64,000 nucleotides of DNA from Phoronis australis (Eukaryota > Animalia > Phoronida): NCBI GenBank assembly GCA_002633005.1, contig NMRA01000270.1:490969-554968 (forward strand). The letters run 5' to 3'. The notes below the pieces were generated by a model that was given only the letters and a program-made list of their open reading frames with translations, made no database searches and was not told the DNA's origin. The position numbers were made by a program, and so were the translations under genes. Positions 1-12,833 of the stretch are shown piece by piece (position 1 is the stretch's first letter; each line of letters starts with the position of its first letter).

Positions 1-780
1 GGTGGTTGTTTTAGTGCCGAAACATGTCGCTACATTTTAGAAACGTTGTTGTCTTTATTCAAACTTTATTTCTAATGTAGCATAACCTCAGTTTCAAACA
101 CGTGGGTTCTGGTCCAGACTCCTGGTTCATGTGTACCTGTAACTGTACTTGTCAATTTGCTAAATGTTCACCAGCTCTTTGGAAATATAGGGAATTGGAA
201 GTCGTAAAGTATTTGGTATTCGTGAAGGTTCGACAGTAGATTTGATTGACAAAAGCGAAACTTGTAAAAAAAAATGGTTGCATTTTGCATGGGTGTAGCC
301 AGACTGTTTCATAAGGTACGCAACACGTTTTTGTAAGCTTGAATTATCTACAAGTACACGCAGAAAATCGACTGAACAGGCAATATGACATTAGCCTGAC
401 CAAGTCCATCTGGCAGAAACGCAAACAGACGTTATGCCACTGATAGCTCTAATTCTACCCCACGCTCCTTTATACACTTGGGCAATTAGGCATTTGGTAG
501 GTATGTTGAAAATAGATAGACATTTCAGCTCTTTCTTTGTCTTTATTAAGGATGGACTCCTGACCTACAAAGCTGTAGTTGATATGATTTACCTGCATAG
601 ATTGCAACAGTCATGTTCATTTCTCTAATTACAAGCATTTAACAGTCCCAGAGATACAGCTATGCTGCACATGAGGTTTACATGAAACGTCAAACCCAGA
701 AGCCATGCCCAACGCTTGCGTTGTGTCGTGTGCAAACAAAGAAGCATACAGAATAAGAAAATTGACAATCGGGGAATCTG

Positions 781-972
781 TTGGTAATCATTGTACGTGC
801 CATGTACATACCACATACCAAATATGACAGCTAATTGTTCACAATTGGTAATCATTGTACCTACCATGTACATACTACATGCCAAATATGACAGTTAATT
901 GTTCACAATTGGTAGTCACTGTACATACCATGTACGTACCACATACCAAATATGACAGCTAATTGTTCACAA
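781..972. repeat. Tandem repeat, 3 copies of a 64-bp unit
   Basis: Unit ttggtaatcattgtacgtgccatgtacataccacataccaaatatgacagctaattgttcacaa recurs at 781, 845 and 909 with few mismatches. Confidence 0.9.
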
Positions 973-3362
973 CCCAGAGTTTAAGAGCATGAGTTAACAA
1001 TCAAATCACCTTAAAATGACACGTTCCAACTGTATCAAACAGTAAAAATCATTCATGTTATGTGCAAAATACATACTATCAAAGTGCATTCAGACATTTC
1101 AGTCAAGTAACATATAACAAGTATCTATCAAAAGTCTATAAAATACCACAAAGATGGTGTTGCAATTAACAATAGTATAAATGTATAGGACCATAATACG
1201 CCCGATGGGTAAGGAAATGTGAAGCTGACAATTTGAAGACGTAATTTCTATTCGGCAAAACGTTTAAAAATAAAGCTGTAGCTGAAACACAAAGCAACGA
1301 TTGGCACAAATGTTATTCACAAAGACATGGTTTGTTGGTCATCAGTGCCCAGCGTTTGTTTTCTCATCCATGGAAAGCAATCGTATTCTTCAACAACATT
1401 TTACGTGGAAACAAGCGTGGTTACACTGGCCTTGTCTTAATTTAAAATCCCACACACAGATTGTGAATCACCATTGATGGTGTAATCAATAGCTCGACGA
1501 GTAGATTTTATGAATTGACTGCCTAAAGTTGACTTAGAACTGTAGAAGGCAAAGATCTCTACACACCAGATGAATAGTTTGGTAGACAGATAATTAGTCA
1601 AGAAATTAAACAAATATAACAAAGTTTCTAAAATAGATCGACTCAACAACTAAATGTTATATTTACAATGAGACTAGTCTACAGCTAAAATGCAAATAAC
1701 TTGGCATAAAATACTTTGGAAAACCAACGTACATATCTAACACTGAAAGTTGGTGCTGGAGTTCAACCCCAGGTGGCACTACTATTACAGATGAGCGATA
1801 AGTATCGCATCCAGCCTCTATTAACAATACAGTCCGGTGAAAATCTTGAAAAAGAGGCCTTATGGTTAAACCTTTACCACATCAAGCTATGACATGATTT
1901 GTATGGGTTTCCAGCATTTCAAATTTACTTCTGTTTCTGTAATTTCTCCCAAAACAATTCTGTGTTCAGTTGCTGCACAATGATTTCAACTGCACACTTT
2001 TCGTACAACCAAACCAGAAGCACAGCTCTACTGCAAACCAAAACAAAATGCTCTGCTCCAGTGAGGTAGTGAGCAGTGGGCATGGCGATCAAAACCCATA
2101 TTTATCATCCGGAGTATCACTTAAGTTTTTCCAGTTAAAAGTTGTAGCAGGGCACTTTATGTTCTGCTGATTTATATACACTGATTGCCTTCAATCAAGA
2201 ACCAGATGTTGGATATGTTCAGCAGACTCTCAATGATAATAAAGGCCGGATGTCAGACTAACGACCAATCTCGGCTAATTACAACATGTGATGAATTCAC
2301 AACAGGCTAGATGAAAAAGGCACCAGTTATTTGTTTAAAATTACAAAAATAATTTAGTTATACAATAATCAGCTTTGCTCTAATTAGAAGTTGATTTAGC
2401 CACAACAAGCTGGCAAACATGTGAATGTTTAACAATAACAACCTCAGACAGTGATGACAAAAGCATCTGTCCAAAATGGGAACATTTCTACTTCAAAGGA
2501 TCACCAGCTGCTTATCCTACCTAACTTTGCGTAAAGTCATGACCTAAAATATGCATTTGCAAATTCAAAGATAAATCTTCACCTAAAGATGGTTTATTTA
2601 TACATAAAATTGGAGTTTTAGCAAAGTTGCGTGTGCTGGTTCGTACATTAAAGAATTTCAATGTTTTCTGTTGGGATCTATGTCCCCACAAGGTGATGGT
2701 ATTAACTTAAAGCTTAATCCTGCAGACTGATCAGGTCTTTACTCTGCATAACCTCTAAGTCCTTCATCACGTCCCTTCCAATACAAATGAATGCACACCA
2801 AAACTCCCTAAAATTCTTTTCGTAAATCACTCATTTTCACCCCATTACTGCCCGTTACACAGGCACAGTGTCCTCCACAATATACACAGACACTATGATT
2901 CAGGATGAATGGCTCCAACGTGAACCTCAATCAGCCCACATGTCAGCTCACTTGAGATCAGTACTCGCACACAGTGTAAAACAGGTTCTCAACAAACTAC
3001 ACAGTGGACATTTGGCAAATTTTGGCAAAACTAAATACCACTTCAACGACAAGTTGAATCAGTGATGAAACTTATAAACAAGAACCGCAAACATATCAGC
3101 AGTTTCGTTATTACACGCTAAACAGTACTGTCTGACGGATATCACAGGTGTTACAAATACAGCGTGGAAGAACTCTTATTGTAGCTAGTTTGAAAGGAGA
3201 AGCAAATATTAACATAATGACATGCTGGGTAATTCCTGTCACTTTTGACATTGCATCTCTGTAAGCCAATTGTTGATGGTCCACAGAGATTGACCACGAC
3301 TGTCCAGTCGTATTATTGCGCTCCCAGTTCGTAGTCACCCCCTGCCCCACACCAAAACACCC

Positions 3363-3476
3363 CTAGTCCTTCACTAGCCGGTAGATGTGATGCTGGGCTC
3401 CATGTTCACTCGTCGACACTTCAAACACATAGGCGACGCACAACAGTGTCTCTTGCGTTTCCCTGTTACTCACCAC
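3363..3476 (-). CDS. TEAD: TEAD/scalloped, last coding exon ([37 protein letters not shown])
   Basis: Matches the canonical TEAD C-terminus ([12 protein letters not shown]). Acceptor tcag at 3477-3478, 114 nt, ends in TAG. Confidence 0.97.
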   Translation of the reverse strand: MVSNRETQETLLCVAYVFEVSTSEHGAQHHIYRLVKD

Positions 3477-4315
3477 CTGAGGAGGTAAGAAAAGCACGTT
3501 AGCAGCAGACTTGGCAAAATAATGGAAAAGTTCACTGCATTTCCATTTATTCAACAACTATGGTCTCCAGCAATAACGAAATGTCAAATTCTTTGCAAGA
3601 CCCAAAATCACTTCTCTTCTGAGTAAGAAGGGAGTTGATACCAATTTGATACCGATAAGTGATCTAAATCAAATGTTATTACTTCGATGGAACACAGGTT
3701 TATAAACCACTTTTGTAAAGTCATAATGCCAATGCATGACCAAATCTCACAACTTGTACGACTACGATGGGGAGACATGCATGTATTTCAGAGGGGATTT
3801 GCTTTGATTTGCAACTGTGGAACAAGGTCAGTTTTCCATGACTGAACTGGGTCCAGGGTAGGGCTCCTCTTTGGTGCTTGGACCAGCTTACTTGGCTTTA
3901 AGTTAAGATTTTGAGCGTCTGAAACAACAGGCGACGCAGACATCACAGCTCACACACTCAGGAATAATTCCGCACCCATCAACACGACTTACTGGACTCA
4001 TGTGACTAGGAATCATGTGCATGACCCGAGGAAGAGTCCGTGAGCCGTGTTTACTGGTGTAGGAGCCGTCAAGGTAGTCCCTGAACAGTGCTTGTGGTAC
4101 AGAAGCCGTGTTTTGCGAGTCGGCAAACAGAGTTTACCATTAGCCGTTTTCATGAATTCAGACCCATGAGCACGAGTGTGTGAGTGTGTTTGGGTAACCT
4201 GAAAAAGCCCACAGCCTCACTTCAGCCCTAAAATCCCTTGTCCTATCCAACCTCCAAGTACCAAACAAAGCCACCAATATAGCAGTAAATCCCACGCACA
4301 CTCAGTCGTATTTAC

Positions 4316-4468
4316 CTGAAGTATAGTGAAGTTCTCCAGTACGCTGTTCATCATGTATTTTTCGGGCAGATGCTTCAGCTTGTGAATAAAGTTGATCATA
4401 TATTCGCACATGGGCGAGCGGTGGATTCGGTAGACCCAGTGGCCGTTCTCAAAGCGTGAGAACTCAGT
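4316..4468 (-). CDS. TEAD: TEAD exon ([51 protein letters not shown])
   Basis: YAP-binding domain including the conserved palmitoylated Cys (SPMCEY). AG/GT boundaries, 153 nt, phase 0-0. Confidence 0.97.
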
Positions 4469-5089
4469 CTAGAACAAGAAAATCGTCTAATGGGTTAAGA
4501 TTGCATTCAACAGTACTGTGCTATTATCAACGTGTTACTAAAAAGGACAAAAATTATGACACAATTTGAGTGTTAGCTTGACGTATGTTTCTGTAAGCTA
4601 AATAATATACCTAAGAAAGGCTCTCACAAATGAAATGACGGTCATGAGAGATCTGTTGACCAGTATGTAAAAAGCTGTACTTCACCTGTTTAGCTGGCTG
4701 AAAATCAAAAATCAAATTTGGTCTTTTATTACTGACATAACAAAGGTCTTTTAACATTCCTTAATGTGATGTGATTCAGTTTCTATTACCAAATCAAGTC
4801 ACAAACACCATTTTCAAATTCCCAATTTTAGTGATAACCGAAGAATTTTTTGAGTCCCAGATGGTTTTGATGTTTTAGTTGGCAATGAAAAAAGAATCCC
4901 ATCACGGTACGAAATACTGTAAAATCAGTTTTATGAGAGTAAAAGTCTGATTTGGTTGTTTTTAATCACCTAATCAGGACACAAGACAAAGCCCATACTA
5001 GTACAGAGTTTTAGGAGCTATGTTGTGGACTCCTCATTGGAAATGCCAGCTCAAAATTAGAAACAACTACTCTACAGGTAACACAGTAC

Positions 5090-5171
5090 CTCCACTTTTT
5101 CAACCACTTGTTTTCCAAAGGAGCACACTTTTGTTGAGCATTGTATCGTCACATTTTCCGAACTTTCATAG
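5090..5171 (-). CDS. TEAD: TEAD exon ([27 protein letters not shown])
   Basis: Conserved [16 protein letters not shown] motif. ttcag|...|gtactg, 82 nt, phase 2-0. Confidence 0.96.
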
Positions 5172-5272
5172 CTGAAATAAAGACAGGTTGAATGACAAAA
5201 ATTGAGTGGCAAAGCTGAAAATCACACATAAAGGCAGAAGTAAGTGAACACCAAAGAAACAAAAATATTGTG

Positions 5273-6660
5273 CCGTACTCGTCCGGGTTACGACCCATGC
5301 TCGGCTTACCGCCCACCCCAGAAAATTTCAATTTTTCATTTTTAAGCGCCCATGCTCGGCTTACTGCCCACCCCCAATTTTTCATGATCGAGACTTCCGT
5401 AAAAGTATCATTCCGTTCTTCTGTGAAAAAAATAAGATTCTAAAACATGCGCAACTCGCTTACCTTTCTGTGACAATCAATCAGTTTTAGCGGAACTGGG
5501 ACCTTGCCTTAGCATGGCAGTAAAATACCCGTATTCTCAGGCCCTTTACTGAAGGAGACACAATTGTTTCCTTTGGATTACGCGCGCAACTCATGTCAGC
5601 ATGTACTGATCACTGAGACAGCGCTTGTCGAATGTATTTCATTTGCTGTAGCACAACCAGTAAAGCAGTACTTGACAGGGATATCCCGTCTGTGACCAAT
5701 CTTTCTGTGATTCCCCGTGACAGTACACGTAACATAACCACCCTGAGCATTGAAATAAGAAAATACATGGTCCGTTGTAACAAGCCAACTTGTGTCGTAG
5801 TTCCCATCTTGGTTAAACGCATGTTTTTAATGACTTTCATTCCCGACACCAAAATGGAAGCACCCAACCAAAGGCAAGAGCCCAAAAATCAACATGTCAT
5901 TAGCGCAAGTCGAACATTCTATCCACGTTCTACGTGGTCAAAAACTTATTTTTTGAACGTTTGATTTGCCCGATGACTTTTTACAAGATGTGTTTTTGCT
6001 TCGTTATTTTGGCAGCTGACCCAGTACCCGTATTGCCTAATAGTAGTATTGTGGGATTGTTGAGCATGTGCTTTGAACGACTGCGGTGTTGGCTTTGAAC
6101 TCAAAAAGAAATATACAATGTATATAAAATGTTACATTGTTCAAAATATTCAATAAGAAGACCTGTCAATCATTAGCATATGCTGGGTTGCCTAACTAAG
6201 TTCAAAGTATTCAGTACTGAAGAAGACCTGCCAATCATTAGCACATGCTTGGTTGCCTAAGCGTCCAGGGGGAAGCAAATCTTTACACAATCAAGTGATT
6301 CACTTAAAAATACACCGCGAACTAGCAGAGTCTTATTTGATCGCTTTTCTCTCAAGAAATTTGGCCTACTGAAAGCATGCCTACCTGTAGGAATACCTTA
6401 GTTCTAAGAGATGACCAGCAGCGAACGAGGTATGTAAAAACCCAATCACGCTCAGGATCACTCCCCCGACCTATATTTTAACTGATATTTTTGAAGTCCG
6501 ACGTCAGTGTAGCTCCGTTCGGGTAAAATCAGTCCTCCGTGCAGTAAGCAACAACTCCCGACTTCAAAAGTTTCGCTTTTAACTGCCCATCCTCGGTTTA
6601 CCGCCCACCCCCCAAGATTCCCAATTTAAGCACCCTGGGTGGTAACGCCGACGAGTACGG
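5273..6660. mobile_element. Non-autonomous Tc1/mariner (pogo-like) DNA transposon, about 1.39 kb, in a TEAD intron
   Basis: TIRs ccgtactcgtccgggttacgaccca and tgggtggtaacgccgacgagtacgg. TA on the right flank (tg on the left). Subterminal direct repeats (catgctcggcttaccgcccacccc) near 5297, 5351 and 6588. No transposase ORF. Confidence 0.8.
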
Positions 6661-6782
6661 TACTATACACCATTGTAACAATGTCTCGTAGAAATCTGTT
6701 TTATAAACTTCTAAGCACTGATTATAACGGATTCATGTCGTTCATATTTGCGTCATATTTTTTGCTCAATATTTACACTTAC

Positions 6783-6841
6783 AGACTGGTCACACCATAA
6801 AACGTTCCACTTTCATCTTGCACATTTGTGTTTAGATCAGC
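6783..6841 (-). CDS. TEAD: TEAD exon (ADLNTNVQDESGTFYGVTS)
   Basis: Conserved (W)ADLN...FYGV motif. ttcag|...|gtaagt, 59 nt, phase 0-2. Confidence 0.95.
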
Positions 6842-7529
6842 CTGAAAAGCACATCAGCCTATGAATTACTCTGTGAAATAATTGAAGACAGTTCAAGGAC
6901 GGAGTGCTCTGAAAAGCGGCCAGATAATAAACTGGAGTGCATTAACAACATCAAACAGATGTGAACAAAGCAACCTGCGCCAGTTTACAGCGTTAGACAA
7001 GTTCCAAGACTTCTGTGGGCAGAAAGAGCAGCTTTTTAGTATTTCTCAAAAGCCGTCATAATCCATTTTTTTTTTTGAAATGTGCAGCAAATTTGGCACA
7101 TGATCTCCTACAATGTCACAAGAAACCAAAAATGAATAACCAAACTGGTTCTTAACAAATAAAAATGAAAAAATTTATCAATGGAATGACACTGCGTCTG
7201 GATCTCACGGCCTTAAGCCTGGCCACTGATTGACCTTTGGTCAAGCGGCTATCAAGAGACATGTTAAACCAGCAACGGATGTGTCCCATATGTGACTGAG
7301 TTGAAACCTCAGACACCCTGCTTGCTCAGAGACGGTTTTTCCATAAAAGTAGTTCCAGTATCAACTAATTTCTTTATTCATCTACTACTACTGGATGTTT
7401 GAAAACTTTAACGATTAATTGTTGATTTATTTATAGTGTACTTCCCATTATCATCATCGCATTAGTTGCTTACATTCACTACTCATAAACAGTGAACATA
7501 CACTAAAGTTGCGCTAGTTGAGAACTCAC

Positions 7530-7637
7530 CCAGAACTTGACCAGGAAGAACGCCGACTGCGGACCTTTGTCATACAACTCTTTCAAGCCGCCTTTCTTTT
7601 CAGGAAATTTATCATAAATCTGTCTCACGTCAACGGC
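7530..7637 (-). CDS. TEAD: TEAD exon ([36 protein letters not shown])
   Basis: Highly conserved TEAD motif [14 protein letters not shown]...AFFLVKFW. 108 nt, AG/GTGAGT. Confidence 0.97.
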
Positions 7638-7800
7638 CTGAAGGAATGAGGAAGTTATGTACACGGGAGTCATACACTGGGATTTTTATTTTTAGTCATT
7701 GACAAGTTAAACAAAACTGATAAAGTTCGTCATTTAGATAACACAAATATAAACAGATTATGTAGTCACTGTTACAAACTAAAGGAGTTTCAGAACGTAC

Positions 7801-7863
7801 CTCTAGGAGAGGGTCAGCATATGTGGGGGGTGTTCCAATATGAACAAATAAATGCTTGTTGTA
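7801..7863 (-). CDS. TEAD: TEAD exon (YNKHLFVHIGTPPTYADPLLE)
   Basis: Conserved YNKHLFVHIG motif. 63 nt, tttcag|...|gtacgt. Confidence 0.96.
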
Positions 7864-8318
7864 CTGAAAAACAAACAAACAGAAACATACTGATGCGGAA
7901 AATTAATTACATGCAGTTAGCAAATGATATGAAATAAGAGTCTGGTACAACAGCAAGAGAAGTACACTTAATGGCAGACTTCAAAAATAAGAATGCTTTA
8001 AAAAAAACAATTCTTAGTAAACCAACATAGACTGCTGGCTGTCTCTTGGCCAGCACACAAAAGATTTTATAAGCACTATATTTATCATTGAGCATTGGAT
8101 TAATTGGACATAAATGCCAACCTTTGATCAAAAGAGATCATACATAATAAAGCACCATTCACTGTTTATTGAAAATTTCTTTCTCTGTAACAGAAAGGTC
8201 AGTAAACCCGGACTTATTTCTGAATAAAAGGTTGTACATGAATATTCATCACTCACTAAGTGAGAACTCTATGAGAATGTTCACAATTCTATATGAGAAG
8301 AAAGATGAACAAACTAAC

Positions 8319-8478
8319 CGACTCTGGGTCCCGCTGCTGCTCAAGAAAGGCTGAAAATTCGACTAGACGTAGTTTGGGACCAGCGATCGACCTGCCCTGC
8401 CAGGCTGGTGCTGACAGCTCTCCCTGGGGGTTCGGTGGCTTGGTGTCCACACCATAGGTGGGGTAAGGTGGTTTCACA
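8319..8478 (-). CDS. TEAD: TEAD exon (VKPPYPTYG...WQGRSIAGPKLRLVEFSAFLEQQRDPES)
   Basis: Start of the YAP-binding domain (WQGRSI..KLRLVEFSAFLEQQRD). 160 nt, phase 2-0. Confidence 0.95.
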
Positions 8479-9211
8479 CTGCAAGGCACAGCCAATCACA
8501 TACTATACCGTTTCCACCACATAGATCACATAAAGAGTACTACTTGCTTAATCGCGGCAGTCTGTCGTGTAACATGACGTTCACAACACATGGCCAAGCT
8601 GAACAAAAACACTCTACAGACAAGACCAGCCTTATACTTGCCTAATGGCAATATACAAGAAAATTCTACACAAATATACCCAGGCCAAGTATTTTGAAAA
8701 GAACTTTGCATGGTTGAGCCCTAAAACTTTTCAGTTTCACAGAAAATGAACTTTGAACCTTCACGCGTTTAAACGCTACCTCTTTTTTACTATGCAATTA
8801 TTGAGTTTCAACGAGGTCAATAAGTTGGTTTTCAGACTCCAAAAATGTCATAATGACTGAGCCTAAGCTGGTTGTTCCTTTGCCCATTCCGCATAACTCC
8901 TGGAAATCTTTTCAAAATTTCCCAATATTTTGGGTAAAAAATGGTAACTGATCGAAAGAGTGATCATCATACGAGCAAAAGTAGAAACATTGCCTCCTAC
9001 CAGGAATTACCAGTAGCAGATGAAATCGGCTTAGCATCAGTCTGGGGTCTGAAAACCAACATATTGACCTAGATCAAAGTCAGTACCTGCATATTACTAA
9101 GTAAATCGTAAAATTGAACTTAATCCTTGATGAAAACAGGAACAGCAACAAAAGTAGAAAAAGTAGAAATGAGTAAAAGAAAAGTAAAATTATGTTTCGA
9201 AAACAACTTAC

Positions 9212-9240
9212 TCTCCTTGAGGTATCGCATGGGGCCAAAA
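9212..9240 (-). CDS. TEAD: TEAD 29-nt mini-exon (FWPHAIPQG-D)
   Basis: tttttttttag|TTTTGGCCC...GGAGA|gtaagt. It supplies the phase 0-to-2 shift needed between flanking exons and the FWP...DVKP motif known from TEAD1. Confidence 0.9.
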
Positions 9241-9596
9241 CTAAAAAAAAAAGAAAACAATGGCATCAATGAACCACAACACAAAATAATGATTACTAAA
9301 TGTAATGGACAAGTACAGAAAAACTATAAGTAAATCAAGTTCAATCCATGCAAACTTCACATCAGTTGTTTTCAGCGTTTTCCCTCACTATGTAAACCTG
9401 ATAAATACGATTTCTGAGGAAGACATAGAGTTAACCGCTTCACAAACTTACACCAGTATTTGTCAAGACTAAACACTATCTCCAGGTGGTTACGCCGAGT
9501 CAGTCAAAGAGACTGTATCGTCATACGCAATGAAAATATGTTCAGTAAATTGTTGATGAACCGAGACAGTTGGATATTACATGAAAGGCTACGTAC

Positions 9597-9770
9597 CGGT
9601 GGTGCCCCGGTGTAGGGTCCACCTGGCCTGACCCCGCCCGGTATGCCGGGGGGACCAAAGCCAGGCAGTGCAGCGCCCAGCGTCTTGTTGTGTATTGCAC
9701 TGGCTGAGACTATCTGGGCAGACGACATTGCGGCCATGCTTTGGAGGGCCTTGTCTTTAGACGCCTGATC
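9597..9770 (-). CDS. TEAD: TEAD exon (DQASKDKALQSMAAMSSAQIVSASA...GPYTGAPP)
   Basis: Conserved DQ..KDKALQ.MA.MSSAQIVSA followed by a Pro/Gly-rich region. 174 nt, phase 0-0. Confidence 0.96.
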
Positions 9771-10924
9771 CTGGTAAGACGAGAAAGTCTTGAGGTTATG
9801 AAAGAGAAGAGACAACGGCTTTACAGAAAGAGTGCGAGGCAGGGAGCTGAGTGATGCACAGAGACACAGCACGGCAGTCAATCACCCTCTCTCACCAACT
9901 GCAAGGCCATTCTTCCTAACGTTTCTACTCAAGAATGCAATTCATCTCTATTGGCGAAGCTAGGATCTCGCAACGATGAATGACCCAACCATGAGAATAA
10001 GCATTTGCAATAACCTTAAAGAGGCAGAGCACCACTTTTGTCATGGGGAAAAAGGAGTCCCGCCCCCCTTCCCCAAACCTGATTACTCTCCCCTTTTTAT
10101 GCATCGCAATTCTTTTCTTGCAAATATGTTTCTTTGCTCATGACCTAATTTTTCTGATTCGTGAAAAAAGAAATAAATTTGTACTAAAAGGATTATTCTG
10201 CAAGACAAAAAATGCACCATTGTGTTCATGAGAAAAGAACGTTGTTAATGAGAATGGCTACGCAGTTCAGAGGGAATATGAATGAGCCATCTAACACTAA
10301 TGCTCTTTAAAAGAAAAGACTTACAGAAAAATGACATAACTTTGGATGCCTTGGCAAATAAAAGAACAAAAAAATGACTTACAAGTTTAAATAACTGGTG
10401 ACTATTTTTTTTGGCAATACCTGGTCAGTTGAGAAACCCTAGTTTCATTTTCGAAACAGAAAAATGACATCACAGTTGCACACCTCCAATGATTGTGTTG
10501 AGACTTCATGTTATTTCCTCAAGAGAATTAAATTGTAGCTTGAATGTGTCTTGTGTTATTCTCATGGAATCATAATCTCAAAGTCTCAGTACCCATTGGA
10601 CAGCTCTGATCTATGGTGATGAGTCTACTTGTTTATAGCCCTGTTTACATAGTCTACAGACACACATACACTATAGTTACCTCAAGGGTTCATTAATCAA
10701 TGGCTTTTTAAAAATTGTTTTAAGAAAACAAATATGGTGTCCAGTTACTTAACAATACATTTTAAGTCTTGACATTTGCCAAATTATCCTACCACCCATT
10801 GTTCCAACATTTTCTTTTAGGAGACAATGTATTCCTATGTGAGTCGTGAATGGTATATACAGTCCCTGCTGAAGTGCAAGGGGGGAGAGCACCGTGTAAT
10901 CTGTGACTGGTGACTAATCAGGAT

Positions 10925-11075
10925 CAGGGGCAGATCCAAGAATTGGTGTTAAGGGCAGGGCAGAGTACTAGCCAGGATTTTGCATGTCAAACATTCGCAC
11001 CCCCGAACTACCAAAAGGAATCTGGGAGAATTTTGGGTGGGGCATGGCCCCCTTGCTCCCCTAAATCCATCACTG
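10925..11075. mobile_element. Decayed short hAT-like MITE
   Basis: Ends caggggcagatcca and taaatccatcactg are degenerate inverted repeats around a G/C-run-rich core. No TSD visible. Confidence 0.45.
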
Positions 11076-12833
11076 AGTATTAACCCACATCTTCACGTTT
11101 TAGCAAAAAACTGCATGAAAAGTAAGAAGACATACTACTATAGACAAAACAAGAGATTTACCATAATGTAACTACTAATTAACTCATGACTGTAAGCCAA
11201 GCCAAACAAATGCTCTTTTCAATTTCAGACAGCCAGTTGTGTCAACTTACTGCTCAAAGTTCATAGTGTGAATGATGAATGCCAAGTTAAATAGATGACT
11301 TATGATGTTTACAAACATGTAGTACACAAGGGTTACATTCTTAGAGCTTTTCTACAGTTTTTAATACCTCTCTTTTGTCACCAGGCTCAAAAATGTCAAA
11401 AGAGATCATGAACAGTGCATAAAGCATTTGATGAACTTTTTGTTTTACGGAACTGTTACACGAATAGCTGACCAACTTGGAACTGTTACAAGAATAGCTG
11501 ACCAACCGAGAAGGGTGAGATCAGGATACAGGAAGGAGGGAGGCAAACGGGTGAAGGAAGTGGTGGTGTAGTGTGGTACTGCCGGTCGATACCCAGACCT
11601 GGCGCTGTCATATCGACTTTGGACAGACTCTGACAAACTAAGCAATTTTAAGCAATTTTTGCAACACAACCTGGACACATTTCTGAGTACAGAAGGATTA
11701 CAAGAGAATACAAGTGTAGAGATTCTTCGATTAACAAAGCAATATGGCGGAAAGTCAAGAAGTTTTTCAAAAAATACAGGAAGTTTTTGTTTGCACTTTG
11801 CAACCAGCAGCGAAGACCATTTAGTCATTTGAGCAATTACGTTTGACCAAAACTAAAGTCTTGGTCATAACTCACAACTCACACACACACAATTCTTGCA
11901 AAGCGGGGACTGGGTATGAAGCATAGCCAGGATAATAGATTAGGTTAGGGAAAAACCGTCTAAAAACACCGAAAGACGAAACACAATACAATACAATAAA
12001 ATACAATGCAATAGAGGAGGTAAACTTAACACAGTGGTAATGCAATAGGCGAGAGAAGCGGTGTACTCTCACTAGCGAGAGATTTCTGTCCAAGCCTGGT
12101 GTACAGAGCACTAGCTCATGTGAATTGGACATGATCAGAAAAAGGAGATACATTCATGAAGCAATCTTGACTAGCCACATGGTAACAGGGATTTCCAACG
12201 CCACTTGGTGCTGTTCAAAGGCATTCTATTTCACAGCATGAGACATGGAGACACTATTTCACACAACTGATCAGCTGCTAAATGTCAATCTAAGTAGCGT
12301 TATAGACCAATCAGAGTGTGGAATATGGTCACGTGACGTAAAGAAACGTCTACCACATGCGCCTCTGACAGCTTCCTTGGCCATTTTTGAGTACAAGCAG
12401 TGCAAGTGTGGGTTCCATGGAAAATGGTGAAACGGTGTCAAAGGGGCTTGTATCAATCTAACAGTTGATATTGTGATCTATTAACTGGGGGAGTAGAGTT
12501 TATTTCATTTCCAAAACCTACAAAAGTCAAGGAATATTAAGGAAAAGTGCTTCTGATGGATTTAAGCATGCTGGAGGCTACATGACCAGTGTTGAACGTG
12601 AATACTGTTGCTAGGAAACTACCACTAGTATGCTTGCACAACGTAAATAAGCTCTTTACCAAAGATGAGAAATCTTGATCAAAATGTCGCCGATCTATCT
12701 ATTGTACGTAGAATAGCATGGGAATGTAGGCAACACTCCAGGCATACACCCTGCCCAGTGACTAGGTAATGACACTACTTGCACCATTCGTTATTTGGGA
12801 ATTTCACCTTTCACCTTTCTGTTGAAACTATTC

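Noticed and set aside
11445-11828. 127-aa minus-strand ORF and GC-richer patch in a TEAD intron (possible extra exon SLSKVDMT...ISPFS)
   Set aside because: No similarity to TEAD proteins I know, and only a weak donor (gttggt) that lies within a local 31-bp tandem duplication.
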